DNA of 64,000 nucleotides from assembly GCA_051362555.1 (NCBI GenBank), contig CM120640.1, forward strand, positions 11,036,001-11,100,000, given 5' to 3'. The notes beneath the pieces were generated by a model. The model searched no databases. It was not told where the DNA came from and saw nothing but the letters and a program-made list of their open reading frames with translations. A program made the position numbers and the translations under genes. The DNA is from Lingula anatina. Lineage: Eukaryota; Animalia; Brachiopoda. Each line of letters starts with the position of its first letter. The stretch's first letter is position 1. Below are positions 37,099 through 49,149 of this stretch, piece by piece.

Positions 37099-40000
37099 CA
37101 AACACACACACTAACAAACACTCACAAGAAAAAATTTATGCCATTGTCGTTGGATTGTTAAAATAATTTTTTTCATTGACATGGAAGATATTTTAATACA
37201 GTAAAATTGTAGAGCGGTGCACAGTTTCTAAGTTACTTGATGTACATAACTGTACTTGATTTCAGTATCACAGAGAGAGTGACTCCCAGACTGGCTCATG
37301 CCAATGCTGCTGTAGTGTTATCTGCAGTCAAGGTAAAAATAATATCATGGCTGTTATATACTTCAAGAAAACTATAAACAGATTTTCATTTGATATAAGA
37401 GAATATCAGAGGAAATTTAAGGCTGTCACTCAGAATTTGTTTGCTTTTGACAAAACGATTACATTTTTCTTAAGTATTTGCATCTTGTATGTCATTGATA
37501 TGTTAAACCACATTTTGTTGAATATTCTGACTTCAGGTAATAATGAAGTTGATGGAAATGATGGATCCTACCAGTGAATTTGTGACATCTTTAATCAAGA
37601 AACTTGCCCCTCCTTTGGTAACACTTTTGTCAGCAGAACCAGAGATTCAATATGTAGCCTTGAGGAATATCAACTTGATTGTGCAGAAAAGGTAGTCTTA
37701 GTTTTAGTTTGGTTTTTAACTAGTTTTCAGACGACTTGAGACAAGATATATTAATAAATTGGTTTTTAATTATGTTTTAAGCATAAATTGTTTTAACTCC
37801 ATTTCAGAAAAGTTCTTACCTTATTTTTACGTCAGATTTGTAGTACTGTTGAGTATATTCTAAAATTCTTATCCTGTTATTTGTATAAATTATTTCCCAT
37901 CATTTTCTTCTTTTCTTTTTATTAAGATCTGAGATTCTGAAGCATGAGATGAAGGTTTTCTTTGTCAAGTACAATGATCCTATTTATGTGAAATTAGAGA
38001 AACTGGATATCATGATCCGTTTGACCAACCACTCCAATATAGCTCAGGTTCTGGCTGAGTTAAAAGAGTAAGTAAATATCTTGAAATTTATATTTGTATG
38101 TGAGGGATTAAAAAAGACTATTTTAATATCTCATTACTAGATTTGAATGGATGTCACAAGATGATCCTGCTAACATTCAGTCTCTTGAATTTAGGTATGC
38201 CACTGAAGTTGATGTTGACTTTGTTCGCAAATCTGTGCGAGCAATAGGTCGTTGTGCTATCAAAGTGGAGCAAGCAGCTGAGAAGTGTGTCAGCACTCTG
38301 CTGGACCTTATCCAAACCAAGGTTAACTATGTGGTGCAAGAGGCTGTTGTTGTCATAAAGGTACACACATTTCAGGTGTCATTGTTATAATGTTTCAAAA
38401 TATATTAGTGGATAATTTTTAGTCAGACAACTTGCATTTGTTCTGTGCTTATAGATTTGTTTTCTTTTACTGGGTATACTGTTATAATAATAAGTTAATA
38501 AAATTTGCTATTTCAGGATATTTTCAGGAAATATCCAAATCAGTATGAAAGTATTATTGCTACCCTGTGTGAGAACTTGGATACCCTGGATGAGCCAGAG
38601 GCTAGGTAAGAACAGCCATTTGTACATAAGCAGTTTGTCATAACAAGAGATAAGTAGATCCTTCAAAGTTAATTTTCCTTCTGGACATCCATGAGTTTGT
38701 GCATATGAAGACTATTGTTGTCCAAATACAGTGGCAGTTCTCCGTATCTTTAGGGCTTCTATGATCTGGATTATTGGAGAATATGCAGAAAGAATTGACA
38801 ATGCAGATGAGCTGCTGGAAAGTTTTCTGGAAGGATTCCAAGATGAGAATTCCCAGGTGCAACTACAGCTGTTGACAGCTATTGTGAAACTGTTCTTGAA
38901 GAGACCAACTGATACCCAGGAACTGGTGCAACAGGTGCTTAGCCTGGCTACTCAGGTGAGACTGCATTACTCAACTACAGGTTTGTTATTGTAGTTGAGC
39001 TTAATTGTAAAAAGTAATTTAACCACATGATTGTTTAATTGAATGTTCATACATAAATCAAGTTGTTTCTGTGATTGTTCTTTAACAGGGGTGTGTCTGT
39101 TAAATAATTTCTGACTACTGTTCACACGTTTTTCGGAATGTTATCATATACTTTGAATTATTTAACATTTTTCTCCTTTTATAGGACAGTGACAATCCTG
39201 ACTTGCGTGATAGAGGATACATCTACTGGCGTTTGTTGTCCACTGATCCTGCAGCTGCAAAGGAAGTTGTGCTAGCAGAAAAACCTTTGATATCTGAAGA
39301 GACAGACCTAATTGAGCCTACTCTGCTGGATGAGCTTATTTGTCACATTGCTAGCTTGGCATCAGTTTATCATAAGCCACCAAGTGCTTTTGTTGAGGGA
39401 GGTAGAGTTGCATCAAGAAGAGTTCTTCCACCAAGATCTGGATCGTGAGTGCTCGTTTATTTTTGTATTAATCAGACAAGGGGATGTGTTTTAAGGCAAA
39501 AAATTAATATTGCAGTTTTTTTTTTTTTTTTTTTTTGATTAAACAGAAAAGATTGTCTGACAGGAGTAGTACCAATTATGGTATTGCTAGGAAAACGATC
39601 TATCAGCATAATACTGGTTTTTACTATTTGTGAGGTAATTGATACTGTACATTCAGAATATGGAGATGCATTTGATGTTATTTTGATTATTTGAAATTCT
39701 GATTTATTTAAATTTTTTCATAGTGAGGAGTCTGGTGAAATCTTGGGTGGTGGTGCTGAGGTACCCCAGCAGCCTGTCCAGCAGCCCACTACTGTTATCC
39801 CAGGTATGGACTCCCTGATAGGAGACCTGCTGGACATGGACCTGGGTGGTCCCCCCATGCAGCAACAGCAGCAGCAGCAAGCAGCCATGGTACAGCAGCC
39901 ACCCCAATCATCTGGAAGCATGGATATATTTGGAGATGGCTTAGACAGTCTGGTGAGGAAACATTACTCTCGTGACTTGCTTAGAGACCTATGTCATTGC

Positions 40001-42641
40001 CACTAAATTTATGAAAGAGATAAGAAATAAGAAAATTGATTTTTCATTTCTTGAAAGTTGTATAATGATTGCCTTAAAAAATCATGTAATATTAAGCTTA
40101 GTGCTCATTCCACATTAATACGTTTAATTTGTGTGAATACACTTTTTGATTGCCCAATTTTCCCAGACTGTGTAAAAAAATTTTTTTTGTTACTATGTAT
40201 AGCTTAACCTTAATCAACCCAGTGGTTTTGATAGCAGTGGGGGCACAGGCCTGGCAGGACTAGGAGACATCTTTGGTGGGATGTCAGCAGGAGTTTCATA
40301 TGTGGCACCTCAAGAGGTAAGACAGTATATTCTCTCTCCCACTGGTGGTTCCCTCAGTCAAACACTAACCAAAGTGACTAAACTGAAAAGTGTGCGACAG
40401 TTCTGAAAAAAGTTATAGATGACTTTCCTAATCTTTTGTATTTTTGAGATAATCAATTTTTGCAATTTTCATTTTTTTTCCATGCTATTCAAGATGTGAA
40501 ACTGAATGAAAAATGAAAAATCTTTTAATTAAATTCAGAAGATTTAAAACTAAGAATTTGCAATATGTCTTTTTCGATTTTTAAAGGTTTGGTTGCCAGC
40601 AGCCAGAGGCAAAGGGTTAGAGATTTCTGGCACATTCTCTAGGAAAAATGGTCAAGTTTTTATGGAAATGACAATAACTAACAGAGCCATGCAACCAATG
40701 GGAGGATTTGCTGTGCAATTTAACAAAAATAGGTAAACAGTATTTATATTTGTATAAATACCTTTATGCTTTTATGAAGATTTTACTTTAATTTTTTTTT
40801 CGTTTTCTTGTCTTTGGGAAATAGATATTGGATTTCAAAAATAATTTTTTCTTTTAGTTTTGGTCTTGTTCCTGGACAACCCTTATCTGTGCCCCAGCCC
40901 TTAACCCCTAACCAAACAGCCAACACCAGTCTGCCCCTTAACACTTCAGGACCAGTGATGAAGATGGATCCCCTGACCAATGTACAGGTAATGTGGTGCT
41001 AGCCACACACCAGAGTTGGAAATTGTTAAGAAGTCTATCATAATGTTTTCAATCACATTTTATATTCAGTAGCTTGTTTGGTGTAATTATTGCTGGAGTG
41101 TTTGCAGGCATGTGTTGTTTGCATACATTAAGGACTTTGTCATAAGACATAAGTTAAAGTTTCTGAATTGCAGTGATTGATAAGTAATGCAAAATACAAA
41201 TACAAAAAGCTTTATACAATTTGATAATTTTCAATGTTCCAGGTTGCCATTAAGAACAACATTGACGTGTTCTACTTCAGCACAATAGTTCCCCTACATG
41301 TGTTATTCTCAGAGGATGGGGAGATGGACAAAAAGGTATTCCTTGCCTCTTGGAAGGACATTCCAGCTCAGAACGAAGTGCAGTATACAATAAACGATGT
41401 GCAACACAGTGCAGGTAAGTGTTTGCTCTGTCCGTTTTCCATTCCATTATAATACCTATTTTTTCTGTGAACACTGTGCTTTAATTGTCAACATGTGCCC
41501 TTTCTTTAATATTACATGGATGCTTCAAGTACAGTTAGGTATTTTGTTCTATAGAGATAAAAATTCTTAACACTTATGTCCACAGACTTTCCTAATCTCC
41601 TTTGATGATAAACCTATTCTGTGTAAAATATAATGAAACCTATACAGAAATGTATTTTGTCATTGTAGTGTGTATGATGCTGAATTTGATTATATTCCAG
41701 ATACCACCTCACAGAAGTTAAAGAATAACAACATCTTTACAATAGCCAAAAGAAATGTGGAAGGGCAGGATATGCTGTACCAGTCTATTAAGCTGACCAA
41801 TGGAATATGGGTTCTTGCTGAACTTAAGATACAGCCAGGAAACAGCAATTTTGTGGTAAGATTTTTCTTCCAATTTGTTTTTATTTTCTCTGCAGATATT
41901 CTTGATTTATATTTCTAAATTCGTTTTCAATATAATATAATCTTTCTGGCTTGCTATACTTTCCAGTCTTGTTATTTTACTATCAGTACCTTACTAATCC
42001 ACAGAAGCATCTGAGCAGTTAAATTCTTCAAGTTTGTGCATGCATTTTGATTGTTAGATTTAACACTTGGTTGGTATTGTTTGTTGGAGTGTTGTGTTAC
42101 ACATCCCTTTCTCCTTTCAGTTATCACTGAAGAGCAAGGCTTTGGATGTTTGTCCTGCAGTACACCAGGCTTATGAAAGCATCATGCATGCATAGCTTTA
42201 TTTAATATAAGATTGGTGGATTTGGACCCTAACACACTTAATTCCTATGGCATGTACTCGGCCTGATCTTAAAAAAAGAAATTAGCAAACTCTCTAAGTG
42301 ACAACCTATAATTCTCTTTTTCACATACACTGGACTTTTAGCTAGACCACAGGGAATGTAAGAACAGGACAGTCATGATATGATGAATAACTATCCTTGT
42401 TGTTTGAGTGTGTTGTTTGATCTCCTAGGCGTGGCTTGCTACCATGTTAAAAGCTTGAAGGATGTGTAGTTCTTAAGCTCGTAAGAAAAAGTGTGTCTCA
42501 GCTTAGGCCCATGGTGTGCTTTTTATCATAATCAGTGTTGATGTTGTCTTTATAATGTGATTTCAGCTGTCTTTGAAGAGTAGAGCCATGGATGTTTATC
42601 CTGCTGTACAGGAGGCTTACACCAGCATATTACGGAATTGA
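30258..42641 (+). CDS. AP2B1: AP-1/AP-2 adaptor complex beta subunit (beta-adaptin; AP1B1/AP2B1 co-ortholog) with two alternative last exons
   Basis: [13 protein letters not shown] (30258-30294) spliced over the DIRS element to [35 protein letters not shown] (35375-). Further motifs: [96 protein letters not shown]. Hinge has a clathrin-box-like LLDMD; appendage [12 protein letters not shown]...[14 protein letters not shown]. Stops at 42195 or 42641. Confidence 0.96.
30643..31758 (+). CDS. DIRS ORF1, Gag-like protein
   Basis: Intronless 372-codon ORF from first ATG (30643). Coiled-coil N-region, RPKNC..L....N..VW......D..LQ motif, PEYKPLC..FLFGDD, RG-rich C-terminus, as typical of invertebrate DIRS ORF1. 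Confidence 0.88.
   Translation: MAAESTCSAVLPGLSKPAIDTCKNSEDVKAKKVRTRTGKGKLDDKAKSSHNSDEYLTIMKNIQETVQRQETSINSVVGRIDTLEKQYLYHDEYCEENYDFDEQYDERLEDETCPEAGTSSTNRFDDMTKRYKLIEYTDVEVDSVLASSVNDLFTNGIVDHSKYTELTKDENNSRPKNCESLVIVKTNKMVWNIIPQYAKTNDKKLQDVQMSVVKAATLMTKGIDKLAKLETGNDTSEGLGKLIDMFNDSIALLGHANTQINCFRKDLLKPNLKPEYKPLCNHNIPCTTFLFGDDITKSAREVEDSAKMSYKMMQSRMGLDYRNRPYQRGPRFRGRMRGRYNRGRGSSSQRGAHADSKNFSWQSSQWDQNRY
31722..33812 (+). CDS. DIRS ORF2, reverse transcriptase / RNase H / DNA adenine-methyltransferase-like domain
   Basis: RT motifs: [49 protein letters not shown]. RNase H motifs: [37 protein letters not shown]-like motifs: [15 protein letters not shown]. Confidence 0.95.
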   Translation: MAKQPVGSEQILEVRHKFQAGRLHLFVDEWRKLTSDPYILDIVQNCHINVDTNIGFQNLNDMVKYRFNTEETIIIRKEISKLLDLGVIKKVQSVPGQFLSPIFVRPKKNGEYRMILNLKKLNQHIPYEHFKMDTFEKALTLVTKGCFLASIDIKHAYYNVKIAEEQQILFRFVWEGNIYQYTCLANGVSEGPKIFTKLLKPVYAKLRSLGHSSSGFIDDSLLCSDNYLECVENIRCTKHLMETLGFIINAEKSVLIPQQSLLFLGNIIDSESMTVTLPKDKMDHIVQQCKMLIIKTEAKVRLVAKVIGIIVSTFSAVEYGKLHYRELEKQKISALKSNNGNYDAMMHITISMKQELQWWMENVHLQRRKIDKGNVDIILYTDASKLGWGAHLEGQKIGGRWFPEEANLHINALELLAILYALQSFTFRFENKHVKIMSDNITACDYIQNMGGIKSYDCNNIAKKIWHWCIEKNVWLTCVHVPGKDNVDADDASRKFNERLEWKLNENVFQKICEKFGNPFIDLFASRLNAQVERYCSWQADPFAWGINAFTYDWGTLNYVYLFPPFSLLGHCIQKIRKDKARGIIVAPVWPTQIWFAKLMELLVENPIVIQKKKGLLTLPGNKLPVEHPLMDKLKLIVCKVSGNSLENEAFLSNQPTYLCHLGVQEQRNNTTCSLNAGSNTVVKGKLIQFHHMWKR
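33380..34618 (+). CDS. DIRS ORF3, tyrosine recombinase (true start uncertain)
   Basis: [11 protein letters not shown]-terminal SAM-like region, HPLV.RYMKG....[18 protein letters not shown] (catalytic R), LCV..VLKEYI, HSVR (HxxR), AGWS..TF..FY (catalytic Y). The frame is open from 33380, overlapping ORF2 by ~430 bp. Confidence 0.93.
   Translation: MGNTELCLSVSTFQFAGSLYPEDSQRQSQGYYSGSCMANTDMVCKVDGITCGKPNSHSKEKRSANFTREQAPSGTSSYGQVETHCMQSIREQFRERGLSEQSTHILMSSWRTGTKKQYNVFIKRWFKYCGERKINSISPHVEEVIEFLTKQFNDGLAYDSLNTARGAISSMGIQIDGVSAGSHPLVIRYMKGIYNLRPPRQRYAQIWDVNKVLVFLRKLSPVKHLTLKDLTLKLTMLMALINATRVQTLHLISVVDMKKLSSEFVFQLCGLLKQSRPGCNSSHIVFKAYPPDRRLCVYTVLKEYIARTKTLRRHNVDKNLLISYMKPYKPVQRDTISRWIKVVMTKSGIDTTLFGAHSVRAAAVSKAKMNSVPVTDILNKAGWSTEKTFAKFYEKQIEDKATTFEYGVLKRK
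34772..34895. repeat. DIRS internal complementary region (ICR)
   Basis: First half is the reverse complement of the left terminus (30363-~30406); second half is the reverse complement of the right terminus (~35074-35159). Confidence 0.93.
37047..37125. repeat. (CA)n microsatellite
   Basis: Long CA run followed by degenerate CACTAACAAA units. Confidence 0.9.
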
Positions 42642-43996
42642 AGAAGTTCTTCATTTGGAAATCCACTTCTATGGATATGTAGGAACAGATGTCTTTTTGG
42701 ACAAAATGAAGTGAACCTTTCGTACAATTGAGTTTTTGGACATTTAAAGTTTAGAACCTAGTTAAAACTGAATGTATAACAGTGCTATTATATTTTGGTT
42801 ACTGTATTGCCACCAGTTGGAGTCTGTATGTTTGATATAATTAGGAACTAGCATATTTCTTTCTTAGAGAGCATATCACATTGTTTGGTATTAGATATAT
42901 GTGTGCCTTAGCAGTCCAAGCTTATAAAAACTTATTAAATGATCAAGTACCTAGAAATTAATGTGATGTAATATACTAATAAAATTATTCAAAAGAAATG
43001 TAAGTGTTATTTTTCAATGAACAGTTGATGCTGGTGCCATTTTCTTATAGCAAGTGCAAATTGAACACATTATGCCCCATCTTAATTATGATAATAGAAA
43101 ATCAAAACCAAATTAATGCATTTAAGAATATTGATTTAATGCTCGTTAAAATATAGTACCTGACAATTATAAATGAGTTTACTGATGCAAGTTGCATAGA
43201 TAGTATTTCAATATGTGAACGTGATGTACAGGGAGCCATCTGAAAAATTGAAACATTTCTGCAAATTTTAATTCTATAAAATGATGCAAAATGCTCTAAG
43301 GCACTCTTTAAATATTGAGACTCCTGTATAACATGTATATCAGTTTTGTCTAAATAAAACCATACCTGTCAATGCTGGTTAATGAATTCTACAAAAATCA
43401 TGGAAACTAATGTCATGGAAACTAACAATAGAAATATGGTGACATCAAGCCACCGTTACGTTTAAACTGGGCTATGTAAGGAAAATAAAATAAAAACAGT
43501 TTCTGGTACCAAATCCTGACTACTGCAGCATTAAGGTCATTACTACACATCTAGTTGAGAAAACGTGCCAGTAGTGTAAATAGTAATAAAAGAGGCAAGA
43601 AATGCAGCTGCAATCTTAATCAGTGTATTGTAAGGAGCAACCAAAAATCCCTTTTCCCTCTCAAAAATGACAGCACACCTCCATGCACTCAACTTTAGGA
43701 ATCCCATTTTTATTTAGCTTAAGTATATATACGTAACCTAACATGTATTTAATGGGAAGAACTGAAAACGTGTACAAAGAACAGGTTTATCATTTTTGTA
43801 TAGAATTTTCAGACTGTTTTCACAAATAAGAATGTGTGTTAGTAGGAGTCTGATACTGGTCTTAAAAATCTAAATTTGCATCAATTGTGATCTTTCGAGA
43901 TGGCCCCTTACTGTCAAGATGAACAAAAAATGGTTGAAAACAAATATCACACAATGCATTTGAGTATAATAAAACACTGTGCATTTTTATCTGGCA

Positions 43997-45701
43997 TTAA
44001 CTTACTTCTGAAATCTTAATTGCATGAACACATAAAATGAGGTTTTTCCATTCAGTTTGAAGTCCTGCTTCCTTCAAGTATTGAAAAAATCTGTTCATGA
44101 AAGATGCCTTTTTTTCCTTAGGCACAGATGCCATGTGAGGAATCCAACCAGACAGAACTTCTGAAAAATGGAAACTTCTTATGAAAGGCCAGAAGTTTTT
44201 TCAAGGACCATCATTTAGTTTTATTTAAATTTAGGTATTGAAAAGGGAAGGTGTGCCAGTTCACAAACTTTAATGAGTCATTAAAGATTTTTTTTCAAAT
44301 AATGTTACTAATGACATTTAACAAGGGCTGTGACTGCTTTCAAACATGTTACCTTTTAGTCTTTCCTCTGACCCATATTGTGTACATACAGGGTGTACAT
44401 TAGCCTTCACCACATCAAAGCCACATTGTTGTACTATGTCAGCATAGCCCTTAGCTTGATCACTGCTACTCCACCACAGATTTTCTGCTTGCCATGAAGG
44501 GTTCAGGTACAGTATTTGAGGGTCAAAATTCTAAAAAAAAATGATGTAAATATGAAATTTAAAAAATGCAGTATGCTGATATGAGACATTTTATTTTCTT
44601 TCTTCTTCAAACAACAGGTAATTCATATTAGTTCTTTGCATTCCCAATATTCCAGTACCTTACAAGACCATGGTTTTTTTTTTAGTTTAGGAAATGAGCT
44701 GATACTGTAGCCTATTCCTGTTGAAGAAACTACTGGCATTACTGCAACTTTGGGTGCAAAATACAGAGACGAAAACTTTTACTGGATCCTTAAAATAATT
44801 TTTCAACTGTGACTTGTTCAAATGAATGGAATTCACAATAGTTAATGTCAGAACTGAGTTGAAAGTAAATCCTGATTATGTCACAGTACCAAAGCTTTAT
44901 AAAATATATACCATAAAATATTCTTTCCACTCTGGATCCAATGTGATTTTTGTTGAAGCATATTGCAGTTCTTTGTAGTGAGAGGCTGTGAAAAACAGAA
45001 AGATCTCTGCACCCACTTTGAGGATAGAGTTCATATTTCTCAAGGTTTGGACTTGGTCTCTGATCCAGTGCATGGTATAGAATGAAAACAGCTTGTCAAA
45101 CCTGGATATCCATTCTGGTTTTAAAGTGGACTTTTCCTAATATAAAACATCATAAAGTTTTATTTACTGACTCATCAAAGGGTATCATTGGATTATATAA
45201 CTTAAAACGACCACAATATTGCAAAACAATTATTTACTAATAAGAAAAACACAATATAAACCACCATGAAAAATAAAATAAAAGCTGATTAATTATTTAA
45301 TGATGAATAGTTATCCATCAATGACAACAATTTCTTGAAAGTCTAAAACGCATTTTCCTTCATTGTATATATATTTTTTCGTTTGTTTTTAAGATGTTCA
45401 GCAAATATATACATACAGCAATGTTAGCCACAGCATAAGAAATTCTTGGGTCACCACTGTTTTCTGTAGCAAACTGAACCATGTCCTGGGAACAGTCTAC
45501 ACCCACTACCTCAGAAATATAAGGACTTAAATTTAATAACAGGTGCTTGGTGACATCTCCTGTCCCACTGCCAATGTCAATGATACAGTCCCCACTCTTC
45601 CAATTCAGAGGGTATTCCATTAGTGCATTCTCTATCAGTCCACGCCTGTTGCTGAAATTGCTAGAGAATTTCTGAGCATCCCATTTCATTTCAGTTGGCA
45701 T
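43997..45701 (-). CDS. Class I SAM-dependent methyltransferase, juvenile hormone acid O-methyltransferase (JHAMT)-like family
   Basis: Exons 45418-45701 (IIDIGSGTGDVT..VVGVDCSQDMVQFA), ~44912-45136 (FDKLFSFYTMHWIRDQ...LKVGAE), ~44353-44530, ~43997-44160; GT-AG junctions in frame. Confidence 0.85.
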
Positions 45702-46311
45702 TCTGGCGGCAAGTTTAACTTTAAAAGACCTGAAAATGGTAACCACAAATACTGAAAAAAGCTAAATAATAATAATAATAAATAAAATAAATAAATAAAC
45801 AAATTCATAAATAAAAATAAAATAATAATAATATTATAAAAAAACATTAAAAAAATTAATAAGTAAATTGCCAAACTTTTCTATTTGAAGAGCAGAAACG
45901 TTGAAAAAATTTAGCACGTAATGGAACTGAGAAAAACACTGAAAATCAGACTTGTACTTTTGGAGGGCATGCTGCATCTACTATTTTACAAGGTGCGTGT
46001 AGAGGTGCACGGACATTAAAATGAATCAATGAAACTTTAAGTCTGCCAAGACAGCGTGGATCTACCTAAATAATAATAACATATAACGGTAAACTGGAAT
46101 CACAAACTTTTGATTTCCACCACACAAAGCATACATACGTCAAAACTTATTAGAAAACGCAGGTTATTTGCACCATCTATTAGCCTCGTTTACGATCTTG
46201 AATGCGTTTTCTTCCGTGTTCGGAGGAAGGAATAGATGCAAAATTGTAAACAACGTGAGACAAGCAACTCAGAGAATGAATTAAAAACTGTGTACTGTCG
46301 TGATGTAAATA

Positions 46312-47983
46312 ATGGATAAGTTTGTACATAAAAGAAAACGTTCAACAGAGGACCAAGAATCAATTGGAAAGAAAAGGAACAGCATGTCATCTGGTGGAAC
46401 ACTAGAAAATGGCACAGCGAAGAATCCGACAAGATCGTTAAATATAAAAGCTGAGAACTTGGACCTAGAATATCATATACTGTTTAGCAAAAGAGAGGCA
46501 GATGACTTGTTCCAGAGATGTGAAAAGGAGTTGATATACAACACAGGGCAGCTAGCCCAAGTGAAGATATTTGGAAAATGGCTAGATATTCCAAGGAAAC
46601 AGGTAGTCATTTGCAATCAGGATTTGGGAACCATCTTACACCAACTTACAACGTCGTCCAAATTACCTTGACGTTAATTCACGTTTGCATGTTCACTTAT
46701 GTGCTAGATAATAATGATTATAAAGAGTATGAAAAAGAGTGATTAAATATGTTTATTCAGACAAACTTCTGTCTTAGTAGGAAAGTATTAAAACGCATCC
46801 CACATTAATAATGTTATTTACACAGTACAAATATACATTGTCATTGATGTATTGGTTAGGTAAGCAGAAAAAAAATGCTCATACGCTATGGCAGGCTGCT
46901 GGCGAAGAAACTACTTAAGTCCATTTATAGTCACTTTTATAGATAAACATCTGTGTAGGAGTCTTCTTCCTATCTACCATGTGGGTCAAAATTTCTTACG
47001 ATTGCATGTAGCAACAGTAACTACAAGGAAAAATTATAATATCTTGACAAAAAATCAAGGGGTGGATAGTTGAGTTTGGTTTCTTCTTTAAAACAATTTT
47101 GTCCTGTCTCCGGAGTAGCCAGTTTTAGTCTATTACATTAATTTTCAAGATAACCAAGGATCCAGCTCATCAGTAAGTTATTTCCAGGTGGCCCACGGGG
47201 ATGAAGGTTTGGCATACACCTTCTCTAACAATACTATACCAGCAAAACCATGGACACCATTATTGCTTGAAATTAAGGATGCAATAACTCATCTTACAGG
47301 ACACACTTTTAATTTTGTTCTCATCAACAGGTAGGTTTGTTTCTGTTGAAATATCACTAGTTTACTGAGGATTTGTGTAAAACTAGGGACCCATCAAGAC
47401 TGTCATATCCCATTACTCCTGCTACGACTGAATACTAGGAATGGTGACAGAATTAAGAAAATCTTGTCCTATTCCAAAATGAATTTTATGTAAATCATTT
47501 TAGAAACATTTCTTTGTTTATAAGGTGATAGATTTGAAGTCAAAAGTGTATATGATATATCGCTTTCTATTTCTATTTGTTAATTCCAATTTGATTATGA
47601 AAATTTCTGCTTGTGCTAAATGATCTTGTTAAAAGAAATTCTAAAAAAATTTGATGTTTTTTTCCAGATATAAGGATGGCAGGGATTACATGGGAGAGCA
47701 TAAGGATGATGAGAAAGACCTGGACCCATACGCACCTATTGCATCGCTTTCACTAGGTCAACAAAGGGACTTTGTTTTCAAGCATGGGGAGTCTAGAGGG
47801 AAAGGAGCTAAAAGGAAAATTGACCCAGTTAAGGTGGAGCTTGCAAGTGGCAGCCTTCTGCTGATGAAGTACCCTACTAATAGATACTGGTATCACTGTC
47901 TACCTGTTCGAAGAAATGCACCTAATGTACGAATTAATATGACATTTAGACAGATGTTGACTTCAGAAATTAAAGGCAGCTAG
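46312..47983 (+). CDS. ALKBH2: DNA oxidative demethylase ALKBH2
   Basis: Exons 46312-46602 (MDKFV..VKIFGKWLDIPRKQ), 47188-47331 (VAHGDEGLAYTFS..PAKPWTP..FNFVLIN), 47669-47983 (YKDGRDYMGEHKDDE..IASLSLG..RDFVFKH..GSLLLM..W.H..P.R..RINMTFR). Confidence 0.95.
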
Positions 47984-49149
47984 CAAGACCAAATAATAAT
48001 AATTATTAATTGAACAGTACTTGCTTACTGAATTTCATTTAAAGTTTTATTTTTAGAGGGTAAATTGCAAAGAATGTTTTATTTTTATTGGCATCTCATT
48101 AAATTTTAAATACAACATCAAATTATAGGTTTCAAAAATGACTTAAAGATTTCATAGTTCCAATAATTTTTCATGTGAAGGACAAAGAAAAATCAAAATA
48201 TTGAAGTCGTAATGTTATATTAAATTTTCAAATAAAACAAATATTATGTTTTTGCTATTTGTTAGAAATGCCTGCTTTATTTAAAATTAAATAAACCATA
48301 AAAAACAACCCATTTGTCACAATATTGAAATAAGTACAAACTTAAACAAGAAGTGAATCCTTTCCCAGAATGACAATATAAAACTAACAATAATAAGCTT
48401 CAATAAGCAATTAATTCAAAACTCAACAAATGGATAATACCATAATGTAGAGGAAGCAAACTGGTTAAATAAAATTTTAAAACTAAAAGCAATTTCAGTT
48501 ACCTTGATTGTCTACATACTGATGATATATGCCCAAAGTGTGGAAAATATTGAGATCTCTGGATAAAATACATTAGCATAGATTTTCATAAATATTCTGT
48601 TGTGAAATTAGACTGCCACTAGAGCAGTGTACTTAAACATCAACTGAGGCCATTAAAACTTTTGTCCTAATTTTAGTTAGAAAGTTATCTAACATAGGGA
48701 GCTTCATAACAAGCACAGAAATGTATAGCTTCAAAATAGACTGTGTATCATAACTTTAGGTTACTGATTAGCTTCCCTTCAAAACATTCCAATTTATCTC
48801 CTTCAAATAACTAAATTGTAAGGAAATATCTCATATAAATACGATGCCATATCAAAATTTTTTTAAGTGCAGGTTGAAAGAAAGAACAACACATGAAAGG
48901 TAGCCTAAGAGGAAAAAATTCAATAAACTTGAGGTGTATTGGATACAATCCCTGACAGTTTGAAAAGATGCACAATCTGTGGCAAAAACCATGGCCATTC
49001 CACAAATGGCAGGTCAACCCGACCTATGCAAGCCTGTTCTGTTTCTCTTCCATGTTGCTGAGGCAACAAACTCCAAAGCCAAAGCAGAGGAAGGTGAACA
49101 CATCTCTGGTATATCCCAATGATTTCCTTTTGAGGTCTTGTAAAGGACT

